A stretch of DNA of 64,000 bases from Deferribacterales bacterium (GTDB lineage: Bacteria > Chrysiogenota > Deferribacteres > Deferribacterales > Geovibrionaceae): NCBI GenBank assembly GCA_050251875.1, contig JBFWMA010000001.1:273577-337576 (forward strand), in the 5' to 3' direction. A program made the translations under genes and the position numbers. The notes under the pieces were generated by a model. It made no database searches. It saw only the letters and a list, made by a program, of their open reading frames with translations, and was not told the DNA's origin. Shown here in pieces: positions 39,654 to 51,526 of the stretch (position 1 is the stretch's first letter; every line of letters starts with the position of its first letter).

Positions 39654-40627
39654 ATCAGTTCCTCCAGAGATATCTTTTTGGTAGCGAGCAGGTTTCTCAT
39701 TTTGCTCAGCACTCTTTTTTCTATCTGGCGCACACGCTCACGGGTGATGCCCAGATCGTTTCCGATGGCTTCCAGCGTTTCCGGATCGTTGCCCGCCAGA
39801 CCATATCTGCGGATGATGATCGTCTTTTCGTTGTCTGACAGATATGTCAGCCATTTGAAGATGATGTCCTTCTTGCTGGAGTTCTCTATTCTCATGTAAG
39901 GATCGGAGTATTTTTCATCGTCTGTGATGAACTCGTGCAGGGTGCTGCTCTCGTCACTGCCCACCGGCATGTCCAGAGACGTGTCCTGTTTGATGGCGTC
40001 AAAGACTTTTTTCAGTGTGGAGAGAGACATCTTGCACTGTGTGGAGAGCTCGTGGATGGTGGGTTCTCTCCCGAACTGCTGTTGCAGGTCTGTCTGGGCT
40101 CTCATCACTTTGCTGATGTTTTCGGACATATGCACGGGGATGCGCACCATGCGGCACTGGTTGATGATGGCTCTTTCTATCGCCTGACGTATCCACCATG
40201 TGGCGTATGTGCTGAATTTGAATCCTTTTGTATAGTCAAATTTCTCAACAGCCTTGAGCAGACCGATATTACCCTCTTCCACGAGGTCAACCAGGTTCAT
40301 GCCTCTGTTGATGTATTTTTTCGCTATGGAAACGACCAGACGCAGGTTGCATTTGATCATGGTCTCTTTTGATTTGGCGCATCCTTTCTCTATCCCCTGG
40401 GAAAGCTCGGCCTCCTCCTCTCTGGTGAGGACGGGATATTTGGATATCTCATTGAGATAAATCTTAAAAACTTCCAGATCATCTGACGAATAGTCTACCT
40501 TAACGTCTATCTCTACCTCGACTTCGACCTCTGCTTCCGCTTCGACATCTATATCAATGTCGCTTTCGTCCACAGGTCCGTCAAAGTCGTCTTCCGACTT
40601 TTCTTCGAGAATTTCACCTTCGTTCAT
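39650..40627 (-). CDS. rpoS: Group 2 sigma-70 factor, RpoS-like
   Basis: YLNEI...[39 protein letters not shown] and TRERVRQIE motifs; downstream of pcm as in surE-pcm-nlpD-rpoS loci. Confidence 0.75.
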   Translation of the reverse strand: MNEGEILEEKSEDDFDGPVDESDIDIDVEAEAEVEVEVEIDVKVDYSSDDLEVFKIYLNEISKYPVLTREEEAELSQGIEKGCAKSKETMIKCNLRLVVSIAKKYINRGMNLVDLVEEGNIGLLKAVEKFDYTKGFKFSTYATWWIRQAIERAIINQCRMVRIPVHMSENISKVMRAQTDLQQQFGREPTIHELSTQCKMSLSTLKKVFDAIKQDTSLDMPVGSDESSTLHEFITDDEKYSDPYMRIENSSKKDIIFKWLTYLSDNEKTIIIRRYGLAGNDPETLEAIGNDLGITRERVRQIEKRVLSKMRNLLATKKISLEELI

Positions 40628-40806
40628 ATAAGCCCCCGTATGACTTGTATTTGACTGCGGCCGCGCAATCCCGACACAGTGATGCTGCAACTGTATTGTT
40701 TAAACACAGTATATAAAGATATTAATTTTTGAATAAAGGATTTCGGGACGAGAGCAGCCGGCGTGATGTTTGGTTCATCATCGAAGTAATGGTTTAATGT
40801 AGCCAT
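40624..40806 (-). CDS. Putative 60-aa leader ORF translationally coupled to rpoS
   Basis: AGGAGGCGAAGGAGT-ATG RBS; its TGA overlaps the rpoS ATG (ATGA). Confidence 0.5.
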   Translation of the reverse strand: MATLNHYFDDEPNITPAALVPKSFIQKLISLYTVFKQYSCSITVSGLRGRSQIQVIRGLI

Positions 40807-40964
40807 ACTCCTTCGCCTCCTGCTGAAAGATTTCAGCCGAATGTTCACAGAATATTGATAATTCTGCGTGCACCTGGAATATGATAACGGAGTTATAAAA
40901 AAAAGAAAAGAGTTAATTGCTATTATTTAAAAAAATTTACAAATTCGTGTTGACAAATTTTATC

Positions 40965-42472
<1,508 letters not shown>

Positions 42473-42528
42473 TCAGATAGATTATCGGATAAAATATTAC
42501 AACAATCAGGATTTTATGCAAGCGTTTT

Positions 42529-42620
42529 ACTCCCTCCTTTATTAAAGGAGGGGCGGGGTGGATTTCTTAAAAGGCATAAAAGAAATCCCTCCAAACCTCC
42601 CTTTGAAAAAGGGAGACTTT
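42529..42620. repeat. REP-like bipartite palindromic element
   Basis: CCTCCTTT-ATT-AAAGGAGG-GGCGGGGTGGATTTCTT ... AAGAAATCCCTCCAAAC-CTCCCTTT-GAA-AAAGGGAG: two inverted hairpin units. Confidence 0.65.
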
Positions 42621-42648
42621 AAAGAAATACTATTGCACATCGGAAGCC

Positions 42649-43629
42649 TCAGAAGTCGGCGTCCTGAACCATGGACTTAATTTCGAATGATAAGAGTGTT
42701 ACTGCCAGCGCATAACGGATGCTGGGGTTATAGCGGGTGATGGCGTAAAAGTTATCGAAAAAGAGCCAGTATTCGCTCTGGTCATCGGAAAGTTTCAGCT
42801 CATAAAATGACGCTTTTCTGTCCTGTCTGACATTGAGAGACGGCATGACTCCGGCTTCAGAAAGCTCTTTTACTGTGAATTTCGGACGCATTCCACGTCC
42901 GGCGTATTTTTTCCACTCTTCGCCCTCCACTCCGGCACCCACAGCGGTGGGGCGGTTCATACGGTATCCGTGCGCCCGGAGATATCTGGCTATGCTGGCT
43001 ATGGCGTCCTCCGGCGAATCCACCAGATTTATCTTGCCGTCACCGTCAAAATCCACTCCGTATCTTTTTATGTTGGAAGGCATGAACTGCGGCAGTCCCA
43101 CAGCTCCGGCATATGAGCTCATATACGCTGACGGGTCGGAATCCTCCTCGTCAGACAGGATGAACAGGCTCGTCAGTTCTTTGGAGAAGAAAGACGCCCG
43201 TCTGGGATAGTAAAAGGCCAGTGTCGCCAGTGTGTCCAGCGCCCTGTGCTGTAGCTTGAACCGTCCGTAATCGGTCTCCACGCCCAGAATAGCCGTTATG
43301 ACATATCTGCTGACGCCGAACTCCGCTTCCGCTCTTTTCAGAGCGTCTTCATAGTCCATATAAAACTCAAACCCGCCCAGCGCCTTTTTATCCGTTACGA
43401 ACAGAGGCTTGTAGAATCCCCATTTTTTTGATTCTGTCTGTCTGTCCATTCTGAGTATGGCAGTACTGTCGAAGCTGGCGTTCTGAAGCCAGCTCTCCAC
43501 CTTCTCCTCGGGGACACCGTAACAGGTCTCCATGTTCGAGGCGAATGAGCGCAGGTCGTCCGTCATATCCAGAGCGAAAGCGCCTGTACAAAAAAATGTT
43601 GTGAATATTACAAATATAAATGTTTTCAT
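42649..43629 (-). CDS. mltB: Lytic murein transglycosylase B
   Basis: ILGVETDYG, SYAGAVGLPQFMPS, VDFDGDGKINL and NFYAITRYN motifs. Confidence 0.93.
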   Translation of the reverse strand: MKTFIFVIFTTFFCTGAFALDMTDDLRSFASNMETCYGVPEEKVESWLQNASFDSTAILRMDRQTESKKWGFYKPLFVTDKKALGGFEFYMDYEDALKRAEAEFGVSRYVITAILGVETDYGRFKLQHRALDTLATLAFYYPRRASFFSKELTSLFILSDEEDSDPSAYMSSYAGAVGLPQFMPSNIKRYGVDFDGDGKINLVDSPEDAIASIARYLRAHGYRMNRPTAVGAGVEGEEWKKYAGRGMRPKFTVKELSEAGVMPSLNVRQDRKASFYELKLSDDQSEYWLFFDNFYAITRYNPSIRYALAVTLLSFEIKSMVQDADF

Positions 43630-43737
43630 TAAGATGTATCTGGTCTTTTTTTAATATTGGTTTATAATCATATATCTTTGACATATTATAAAGAGAAATG
43701 TTTTAAAAAAAGCAGATTATTATATGGAGATTTTAAA

Positions 43738-44379
43738 ATGATCGTAGCCCCATCAGTATTAAGCGCGGATTTTTCCAGACTGGCAGAGGAGATACAGGCG
43801 ATAGACAAAGCCGGAGCGGACTGGATTCATCTGGATGTAATGGACGGGCATTTCGTGCCGAACATCACGTTCGGAGCGCCTGTCATAAAAGCCCTGCGCA
43901 AGACCACGGATAAAATATTCGATGCTCACCTTATGATAGAACAGCCGGACAGATATCTGGAGGATTTCGCCGCCGCAGGATGCGACTATATCACAGTGCA
44001 TCAGGAAGCGTGCGTTCATCTGCACAGAACAATATCACGCATAAAAGAACTGGGCAAAAAAGCGGGTGTGTCGCTGAACCCGGCGACCAGTCTGGCAAAC
44101 ATAGAAGAGATTCTGCCGGATGTGGATATGGTGCTTCTGATGTCCGTGAACCCTGGGTTCGGCGGGCAGAAGTTCATAGACAATACATTCGGAAAGATAA
44201 TGATGCTCAAACAGATGATTAAGGAAGCCAAACTGGATATTATCATTCAGGTGGACGGCGGCGTAACGGACCAGAATGTTGGAAAACTTGCCAAATGCGG
44301 GTGCGGATGCGTGGTTGCGGGAAGCTATGTTTTCGGAAGTCAGGATTATAAGTCGGCTATCGAAAAATTAAAAATTTAA
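43738..44379 (+). CDS. rpe: Ribulose-phosphate 3-epimerase
   Basis: APSVLSADF, HLDVMDGHFVPN, MSVNPGFGGQKF and VDGG motifs. Confidence 0.97.
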   Translation: MIVAPSVLSADFSRLAEEIQAIDKAGADWIHLDVMDGHFVPNITFGAPVIKALRKTTDKIFDAHLMIEQPDRYLEDFAAAGCDYITVHQEACVHLHRTISRIKELGKKAGVSLNPATSLANIEEILPDVDMVLLMSVNPGFGGQKFIDNTFGKIMMLKQMIKEAKLDIIIQVDGGVTDQNVGKLAKCGCGCVVAGSYVFGSQDYKSAIEKLKI

Positions 44380-44456
44380 TACGTCACAATCGCATTACAA
44401 ACCAGTATCCGTATGGTATATTTTGTTATGATTACACCGAAATACGGAGGCAAATA

Positions 44457-44816
44457 ATGTCTGTGACGATACTGGTTGTTGATGACGAGCCCGAGATCAG
44501 ATTACTGTACCGTTCCGAGCTTGAAGACAGAGGATATAAGATTATAGAGGCTTCCGGTTCTTCCGAGTGCTACAGCGTGCTGGAGAAGAACAAGGTCGAT
44601 CTTATCCTTCTGGATATCAAGCTGAAAGGCGAGAGCGGGATAGATATTCTGCAAACCCTCTCATCCAGAGAGAACAAGGTGAAAGTGATTCTCGCCACTG
44701 CCTACAGCGCCTATCAGGATGATTTCTCCACCTGGCTCGCTGACGGCTACTGGGTCAAATCGCTTGAGTTTGAAACTCTTATCGAAGAGATCAATAAGGT
44801 ATTGCAGAAAAACTAG
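44457..44816 (+). CDS. Single-domain response regulator
   Basis: VVDDE, LLDIKL, TAY and VKS receiver motifs. Confidence 0.92.
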   Translation: MSVTILVVDDEPEIRLLYRSELEDRGYKIIEASGSSECYSVLEKNKVDLILLDIKLKGESGIDILQTLSSRENKVKVILATAYSAYQDDFSTWLADGYWVKSLEFETLIEEINKVLQKN

Positions 44817-44857
44817 ACTAACCATATCCCCCATAAATTTATTACGGAGTGATTTTT

Positions 44858-47356
44858 ATGAAAGCTGTTGTGATGGCAGGAGGTTTCGGCACCAGAATTC
44901 AGCCGCTTACCTCAAGTATGCCCAAACCCATGATCCCTGTTTTCAACAAACCGATGATGGAATATATCATCGAGTCGCTGAAGGCGGCGGGTATCATAGA
45001 TATAGTCATCCTTTTATATTTCAAGCCGGAGGTCATTCAGGGATATTTCGGAGACGGGAGCAGCAGAGGGGTCAAAATCCACTATGTTCTTCCCGATGAC
45101 GATTACGGCACGGCCGGAGCTGTGAAAAAAGCTCAGAAATATCTTGATGACAGATTCATAATAGTCAGCGGCGACCTCATATCCGATTTCAACATTCAGG
45201 AGATAATCGGTTTTCACGAGGTAAAAAATTCTCTGGCGACCATAACGCTGACATCCGTTCCCGATCCTCTCCAGTTCGGCGTGGTTATCACCGACAAAGA
45301 GAGCAAAATTCTTCGCTTCCTCGAAAAACCGGGCTGGGGCGAGGTTTTCAGCGATACTATCAACACAGGAATATATGTATTTGAACCGGAAATACTTCAG
45401 TATATACCCGAAGACTCTAACTTCGACTTTTCCAAAGACCTGTTTCCGAAGCTCATGGCGAGCGGCATAGATATCTTCGGATACAATGCGAAAGGATACT
45501 GGCGTGACGTGGGCAACCCCGATTCATACCGCGCGGCACTGCTGGACATCATGGATGGACAGGTGAGTCTGCCCATGGCGGGAACCAAGACAGAGGATAA
45601 ATCCGCCGTGGTATACACAGGCAGCAACACGGTGATAGACGAATCAGCCAAGTTCGAGGGGCTGGTGGTTCTGGCGGACGGATGTATAGTGGGCAAAGAC
45701 GCCTATGTGAAGAACTCCGTCATCGGCGCCGGATGCGTTCTGGAGGAGAAATCCAGAGTGACCAGCTCTATCCTGTGGCAGAAATGCTCTGTGGGCAAGA
45801 ACACCCATGTGCAGAACGCAGTTCTCTGCGACAATGTTAAGCTGGGCGCCTCCGTAAGAGCCGAGCACGGCGTGATAATCGCCGAGGGCACAGAGGTGGG
45901 CAACCAGGTTATTTTCGAAAAAGACGTAATGGTATGGCCCGAAAAGCAGATAGAGGCAGGCTCCATCGTGAGCAGCAACCTCATCTGGGGCGATAAATGG
46001 AAAAAATCAATATTCGAGGGCGGCAAGGTATCAGCCAGAACGAACGTGGAGCTTTCCCCCGATCTGGCGGCAAAGCTGGGCGCGGCGCTGGGAAGCCAGC
46101 TCCCCACAGGATGCCGTGTGCTGATGTCCCGTGACTATGACAGAGCCTCCCGAATGCTGAAAAGATGCTTCCTCGGCGGTCTGCTCTCCACAGGGATCAA
46201 CGTGACCGAGCTCCGGATGACACCGCTCCCAGTCATGAGACATAAACTGTCCATGTTCGGCGAGGTGGCGGGCGTTTACTTCCGCCAGTGCCAGTCCGAC
46301 CCCACCAACACGGAGATACTCTTCTATGACGAGTCGGCGGCTCTCATAGACAGCAATTTTGAGAAGAATATCGAGCGTGTCTTCTTCCGTGAGAATTTCA
46401 GAAGAGCCACACACGATGACATAGGCGAAATATACGACCAGATGATGGTTAACGAATTTTATAAAGAGGGCGTTCTCAAGAACATTGACATCAACCTGAT
46501 AAAGACCAGACGCAGCAAGATAGTCGTTGATCTGATGAACGGAACCACAGACACCACATATCCCGAGCTGCTGAACAAGGCGGGCGTGGACGCTGTGGTG
46601 CTGAACGCCTACAGAGACGAGAAAAAGCTCTCCAGAACCATGCACCAGACTGAGGTCTCTTTCAAAGAGGTGACCGACATCGTGAAGGTGACGGAATCCG
46701 AGATGGGTATAGTGATCTATCCCCACGGCGAACGTCTGGGCATCATCACGGACAAAGGCGAGGTTCTGTCGGAGGACAAGGCTCTGCTCTTCATGCTGAA
46801 GCTCATCGATCTGAGTGTTAAAGGCAAAGTGAAGGTATATCTGCCCGCTTTCGCACCCAGCGTGATGGATGATTCTCTTCTGAACGTGGAGATAGTAAGG
46901 GGCAAAGCGTCCGGCATCAAGGCGGACTATCTGCGCAACTTCTACTTTACCGGAGACCTGAACCGCAACTTCACCTTTATGAAGAACGGTACGCACGCCG
47001 ATGCTATGTTCAGCTCGTTGAAGATGCTGGAGATGATGGCGAAGCAGAATGTGAAAGTGAGCGAAGTGCTGAAGACTCTGCCCGAATACCACTACAGCCA
47101 CACGGTCATCAACTGTCCGCTGGAGCTGAAAGGATATCTGATGCGCAAGATGAGCGAAGAGGCTATGGACAAGGACGCCTCTTTCCTGGACGGCATCAAG
47201 ATAACATTCAAAGGCAAAGGATGGGTGCATATGGTTCCCGACCAGTTCACAGCCAACGTACACCTGTATGTGGAAGCGGCGGCTGAGAAGGATTTCAACA
47301 GCATACACGGCGAATACAAAGATAAGATAAACGGATGGCTTCAGGAGCAGGAATAA
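44858..47356 (+). CDS. Sugar-1-phosphate nucleotidyltransferase (Man-1-P guanylyltransferase-like) + hexapeptide repeats + PGM/PMM-like domain
   Basis: MAGGFGTRIQPLT..PKPM, GTAGAV, FLEKP and YWRDVG; left-handed beta-helix repeats; C-terminal PGM-like fold lacking the SHNP motif. Confidence 0.88.
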   Translation: MKAVVMAGGFGTRIQPLTSSMPKPMIPVFNKPMMEYIIESLKAAGIIDIVILLYFKPEVIQGYFGDGSSRGVKIHYVLPDDDYGTAGAVKKAQKYLDDRFIIVSGDLISDFNIQEIIGFHEVKNSLATITLTSVPDPLQFGVVITDKESKILRFLEKPGWGEVFSDTINTGIYVFEPEILQYIPEDSNFDFSKDLFPKLMASGIDIFGYNAKGYWRDVGNPDSYRAALLDIMDGQVSLPMAGTKTEDKSAVVYTGSNTVIDESAKFEGLVVLADGCIVGKDAYVKNSVIGAGCVLEEKSRVTSSILWQKCSVGKNTHVQNAVLCDNVKLGASVRAEHGVIIAEGTEVGNQVIFEKDVMVWPEKQIEAGSIVSSNLIWGDKWKKSIFEGGKVSARTNVELSPDLAAKLGAALGSQLPTGCRVLMSRDYDRASRMLKRCFLGGLLSTGINVTELRMTPLPVMRHKLSMFGEVAGVYFRQCQSDPTNTEILFYDESAALIDSNFEKNIERVFFRENFRRATHDDIGEIYDQMMVNEFYKEGVLKNIDINLIKTRRSKIVVDLMNGTTDTTYPELLNKAGVDAVVLNAYRDEKKLSRTMHQTEVSFKEVTDIVKVTESEMGIVIYPHGERLGIITDKGEVLSEDKALLFMLKLIDLSVKGKVKVYLPAFAPSVMDDSLLNVEIVRGKASGIKADYLRNFYFTGDLNRNFTFMKNGTHADAMFSSLKMLEMMAKQNVKVSEVLKTLPEYHYSHTVINCPLELKGYLMRKMSEEAMDKDASFLDGIKITFKGKGWVHMVPDQFTANVHLYVEAAAEKDFNSIHGEYKDKINGWLQEQE

Positions 47357-47357
47357 G

Positions 47358-49451
47358 ATGAAAAAACTCAGGCTGTGCTTTCTCTGGCACATGCACCAGC
47401 CCTACTACAAGGACGATATGGACGGGCTGTATCACATGCCCTGGGTCTATCTGCACGCTCTGAAAGACTATTTCGAGCTTCCGTACTATCACAGAGAATT
47501 TCCGGGGATCAAGGGCACATATAATCTTGTGCCCTCCCTTTTGGTTCAGCTGAAGGACTATGAGTCCACAGGCGTTCAGGATACTTTCATAAAACTGATG
47601 CTGAAAGATCCCGCCATCCTGACTCAGGAGGAGAAGAATATTCTCATCCCTCAGCTCTTCATGGCGAATTATAAAAATCAGGCGAAACCTCTGAAACGCT
47701 ACCGCGAGCTGTACGACCGCAAGGGCGACACGCCGCTCTTTGAAACAGCGAAAATCCCATTCACCTATGAAGATATACTCGACCTGGAGGTACTGTATCT
47801 CCTTAGCTGGTGCGGGGTTTTCACCAGACAGACAGTTCCTTTCGTCAGCGAGCTGATAGAGAAGAGGCGTGGATTCAGCCAGAATGACAAGCTCCATCTG
47901 ATGGACAAGCTGGCGGAGTTCGTGGCGTCCATTGTTCCGCTTTATAAAGACCTGACGAAGAACGGAAATATAGAGATCTCCGCTACTCCGTTCTATCATC
48001 CCATCCTGCCTCTGCTGCTGGATCATCGCTCTGCCAAAGAGGCGCTGCCGGATATCAGCATGCCGGCGGTGAATACCGATTTTTCCGCCCACGCCCAGAG
48101 ACATGTTACTGACGCTGTGGATTATTTCAGCGATACCTTCGGGTACAGACCGGTGGGAATGTGGCCGGCGGAGGGGAGCATATCCGAGAGAGCTGCGGGA
48201 GTGTTCAGAAAGAACGGCATAAGCTGGATAGCCAGCGATGAAGATGTGCTGTCGGCCTCCGCCGAAGTGGATCTCAGGGACAAGAGAAACAGAGGCTATC
48301 TGTATAAGAAACATATCTTCGGGACATCCGAAGGTGATATAAATATTTTTTTCAGGGACAAGGAGCTTTCAGACCTCGTGGGGTTCACCTACAGCGGGTG
48401 GGAGGCGGAGAAGGCTGTGGACGATTTCATGGACAAGCTGTCCGAAATTTTCGACATGTGCGATTTCTCCCCTGTTGTCCCGGTGATTCTGGACGGTGAA
48501 AACGCATGGGAATACTATCCGGATAACGGACACAGGTTCTTCGAGCATCTGTATAAGAGGCTTTCGTCATGCAACTGGATAGAGACAATGACAATGTCGG
48601 AGGCTGTCGGGTGCGACAGTCCGGCGGAAAGACTGAATAAGATAAGAGCCGGATCCTGGATATACGCCAACTTCACCACATGGATGGGACATCCGGAGAA
48701 GAACGAGGCATGGCGTGTTCTCTCTGACGCCCACGCCAGATATATGGCGAAGGCGGAAACTCTCACAAACAGAGAAAAAGTGGAAAAAGAGCTGATGGCG
48801 GCGGAGGGCTCAGACTGGTTCTGGTGGTACGGAGACGACCACTTCAGCCTTCAGTCGGATGTTTTCGACAAGCTGTTCCGCAGACATATCGCCAACATAT
48901 ACACCCTGATGGGCGAAAAAGTGCCTGCCGAGGTCAACCAGCCTATCAAAAAGAGCCACAAGACAGGGCTCCTTAAAGCGCCCGCAGGATACATCTCTCC
49001 GGTTACGGACGGACGGGTCACCAGCTTTTTCGAATGGCTGGGAGCAGGCAGGTTCGATCTTAAATATGACGCCGGAGCTATGACCGCCTCGTCTAACCTG
49101 CTGAACATGCTCTGGTTCGGCTTTGACGCAGAGAACCTTTACCTGCGCATAGACGGCGGAGTTAAGGATATGGTGAAGGGCGGATACAGCATCGAGGCGG
49201 AGATAACCACTGACGAGTCAAAGAAATTTCTTTTTCCGGCGGCGGCGGAGTTTTCTGACGGAGACGGCAGAATATCTTGTCTGGATACTGTTTTCGAGGC
49301 GGTGATCCCCAGAGCGCTCATAGGATTGGAATCCGAGAAGGCGTATCTGACTTTCCGTCTGAAAAAGGGAAACAGGATTCTGGAGACAGCTCCTGTGTAT
49401 AACACCGTGGAGATAGATTTTGCCGACAGCGAAAAAGACTGGATAGCTTAA
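47358..49451 (+). CDS. GH57 glycoside hydrolase (amylopullulanase-like)
   Basis: WHMHQP, GMWPAEG, ILDGENAWE and AEGSDWFWW motifs. Confidence 0.9.
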   Translation: MKKLRLCFLWHMHQPYYKDDMDGLYHMPWVYLHALKDYFELPYYHREFPGIKGTYNLVPSLLVQLKDYESTGVQDTFIKLMLKDPAILTQEEKNILIPQLFMANYKNQAKPLKRYRELYDRKGDTPLFETAKIPFTYEDILDLEVLYLLSWCGVFTRQTVPFVSELIEKRRGFSQNDKLHLMDKLAEFVASIVPLYKDLTKNGNIEISATPFYHPILPLLLDHRSAKEALPDISMPAVNTDFSAHAQRHVTDAVDYFSDTFGYRPVGMWPAEGSISERAAGVFRKNGISWIASDEDVLSASAEVDLRDKRNRGYLYKKHIFGTSEGDINIFFRDKELSDLVGFTYSGWEAEKAVDDFMDKLSEIFDMCDFSPVVPVILDGENAWEYYPDNGHRFFEHLYKRLSSCNWIETMTMSEAVGCDSPAERLNKIRAGSWIYANFTTWMGHPEKNEAWRVLSDAHARYMAKAETLTNREKVEKELMAAEGSDWFWWYGDDHFSLQSDVFDKLFRRHIANIYTLMGEKVPAEVNQPIKKSHKTGLLKAPAGYISPVTDGRVTSFFEWLGAGRFDLKYDAGAMTASSNLLNMLWFGFDAENLYLRIDGGVKDMVKGGYSIEAEITTDESKKFLFPAAAEFSDGDGRISCLDTVFEAVIPRALIGLESEKAYLTFRLKKGNRILETAPVYNTVEIDFADSEKDWIA

Positions 49452-49464
49452 AAAAGAGGATAAT

Positions 49465-51510
49465 ATGAAACTTCCTTTACACTTAGGAATACATTGCCAC
49501 CAGCCGGTGGAGAATTTTTACCATGTGGTTGATATCGCTGTGGAAAAGAGCTATCAGCCTTTTTTCGAGGTTGTTAAGAAGAAGCCTGATCTGAAGGTGA
49601 GCGTTCACTACAGCGGATGGCTTTTCGAATATATTAAACAGAACCACAAAAAACTCTTTAAGCTGATTAAAGAAGCGAACGAAGCGGGACAGGTGGAGTT
49701 TTTCTCCGGCGGATACTATGAGCCCGTGCTGGCGAGTATCCCCTCCCGTGACAGAAAAGAGCAGATAAAAATGCTGAACGGGTTCATAGAAAAGAACTTT
49801 AAGGTCAGCCCTAAAGGGCTCTGGCTCACCGAGCGTGTGTGGGACAGCTCCATAATCCCCGACTGCGCAGACTGCGGCATAGAATATGTGATAGTGGATG
49901 ACTACCACTTCATAGCCGCCGGATTTTATGAGTCCATGCTCCACGGTCATTTCAAGACAGAGCAGGACGGACGAGAGATGCTGATATTCCCCATCAGCGA
50001 AAAGCTGAGATATATGATACCTTTCCGTCCGGCGGAGGAAGTCGCTGACTATCTGAAAGAGATTCAGGAGCAGGGCGGAAAATCGCTGACAATATTTGAT
50101 GACGGCGAAAAATTCGGTCTGTGGCCGAAAACTCACGAATGGGTGTACGAGAAGGGATGGCTGGAAGATTTCATAGACGTGGTGGCGGAGTCCGAACACA
50201 GCGAGTTTGCTCTGTTCAAAGACACGGCGGCGGCTGTGAAACCGTCTCAGACGGCTTATCTGCCCACCGTCTCATATTTTGAGATGGGCGAATGGTCGCT
50301 CTTTTCCGAGCGCACTGCCAAGATGGCGGAGTTCGTGAAGGAGACCGAGAAGAACCACAAGGACGACACGGCGAAAGTGTTCGTGAAGGGCGGCATCTGG
50401 AAGAACTTTCTGGTGAAATATCCTGAATCCGCGCGCATCCACAAGAGAACCATGAAGCTCTCCGAGGCGGCTGCGAGGCTGAAGGATAAAGAACTGTATG
50501 AGGCGCTCTATAAGTCCCAGTGCAATGACGTGCTGTGGCACGGAATATTCGGCGGGCTCTATCTGCCGAACCTGCGCAACAACGCATACAGATTTATCAT
50601 CGAGGGCGAAAAGCGCATAGAGGAACTGGAAAACACTCAGTATCCGGCTATGGAGCAGGGCGATATTGACTATGACGGATACGATGAGATATACGCCAGA
50701 ACACCGGAGCTGAATTTTATGTTCGTCTCCCGTGACTGCGGTCAGATGGTGGCTGTGGAGGACAAGAAGAACTGCTTTAACTTTCAAAACACCCTCGCCC
50801 GCAGAAAAGAGGCTTACCACGAAAAATTCTTCCGCACGAGGGAAGAGGACGAAGAACCGGCTATTGAGGAGCAGGAGGGCATCAGCACCATACATGATGA
50901 CAACTCCGCTCTGGGAGAGGAATACAGACAGTATCTGATATATGACTGGCACAATAAGAACAGCTTTGTGGATCATTTCGTAAAAACTTTTTCATCTGAA
51001 GAGTTTAAGGCTATGACATTCGGCGAGCTGGGAGATTTTGCCAATCAGCCCGCGGATGTGAACTGTTCTAAGACCAAAGTTGTCTTTAAGAGAGACGGCG
51101 GACTCTATCTGAACGGTCAGAAGCACCCCTGTTCTGTGAAAAAGGAGTATTCCTTCACCAAAAAAGGCATGAAAGCCGTGATAGAGATAGATACCGGTCT
51201 GGACGAAGAGATAGACTATGTTATGGAGATGAACTTCCATTTCAACAGTCTGGCGGATGTGGCGGTGAACGGTGTCAGCGCCGCTGAGCCTTTCGGCATG
51301 AAAGCGAAGAAATTCGCTATGAAAGACCCGCACACGCCGTCCGGTCTGGTTATGGAAATGAACGTGGACTCAGATGTTTACGTTTATCCCGTGATGACTG
51401 TATCACAGTCGGAGAGCGGCGCCGATCTGACCCGTCAGGGCGTGTGTATGCTTTTTTCTTACAAAATGAAAAAAAATATGAAAATTGAGTGTATGTTCAA
51501 TTTATCGTGA
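49465..51510 (+). CDS. GH57 4-alpha-glucanotransferase/alpha-amylase
   Basis: HCHQP, GLWLTERVW, DDGEKFG.WP and QCNDVLWHGIFGGLYLP motifs. Confidence 0.9.
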   Translation: MKLPLHLGIHCHQPVENFYHVVDIAVEKSYQPFFEVVKKKPDLKVSVHYSGWLFEYIKQNHKKLFKLIKEANEAGQVEFFSGGYYEPVLASIPSRDRKEQIKMLNGFIEKNFKVSPKGLWLTERVWDSSIIPDCADCGIEYVIVDDYHFIAAGFYESMLHGHFKTEQDGREMLIFPISEKLRYMIPFRPAEEVADYLKEIQEQGGKSLTIFDDGEKFGLWPKTHEWVYEKGWLEDFIDVVAESEHSEFALFKDTAAAVKPSQTAYLPTVSYFEMGEWSLFSERTAKMAEFVKETEKNHKDDTAKVFVKGGIWKNFLVKYPESARIHKRTMKLSEAAARLKDKELYEALYKSQCNDVLWHGIFGGLYLPNLRNNAYRFIIEGEKRIEELENTQYPAMEQGDIDYDGYDEIYARTPELNFMFVSRDCGQMVAVEDKKNCFNFQNTLARRKEAYHEKFFRTREEDEEPAIEEQEGISTIHDDNSALGEEYRQYLIYDWHNKNSFVDHFVKTFSSEEFKAMTFGELGDFANQPADVNCSKTKVVFKRDGGLYLNGQKHPCSVKKEYSFTKKGMKAVIEIDTGLDEEIDYVMEMNFHFNSLADVAVNGVSAAEPFGMKAKKFAMKDPHTPSGLVMEMNVDSDVYVYPVMTVSQSESGADLTRQGVCMLFSYKMKKNMKIECMFNLS

Positions 51511-51526
51511 TAAAATAGGATAAGAG

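Noticed and set aside
46031..48314. 453-aa and 339-aa minus-strand ORFs
   Set aside because: Antisense shadows of well-supported glycogen cluster genes
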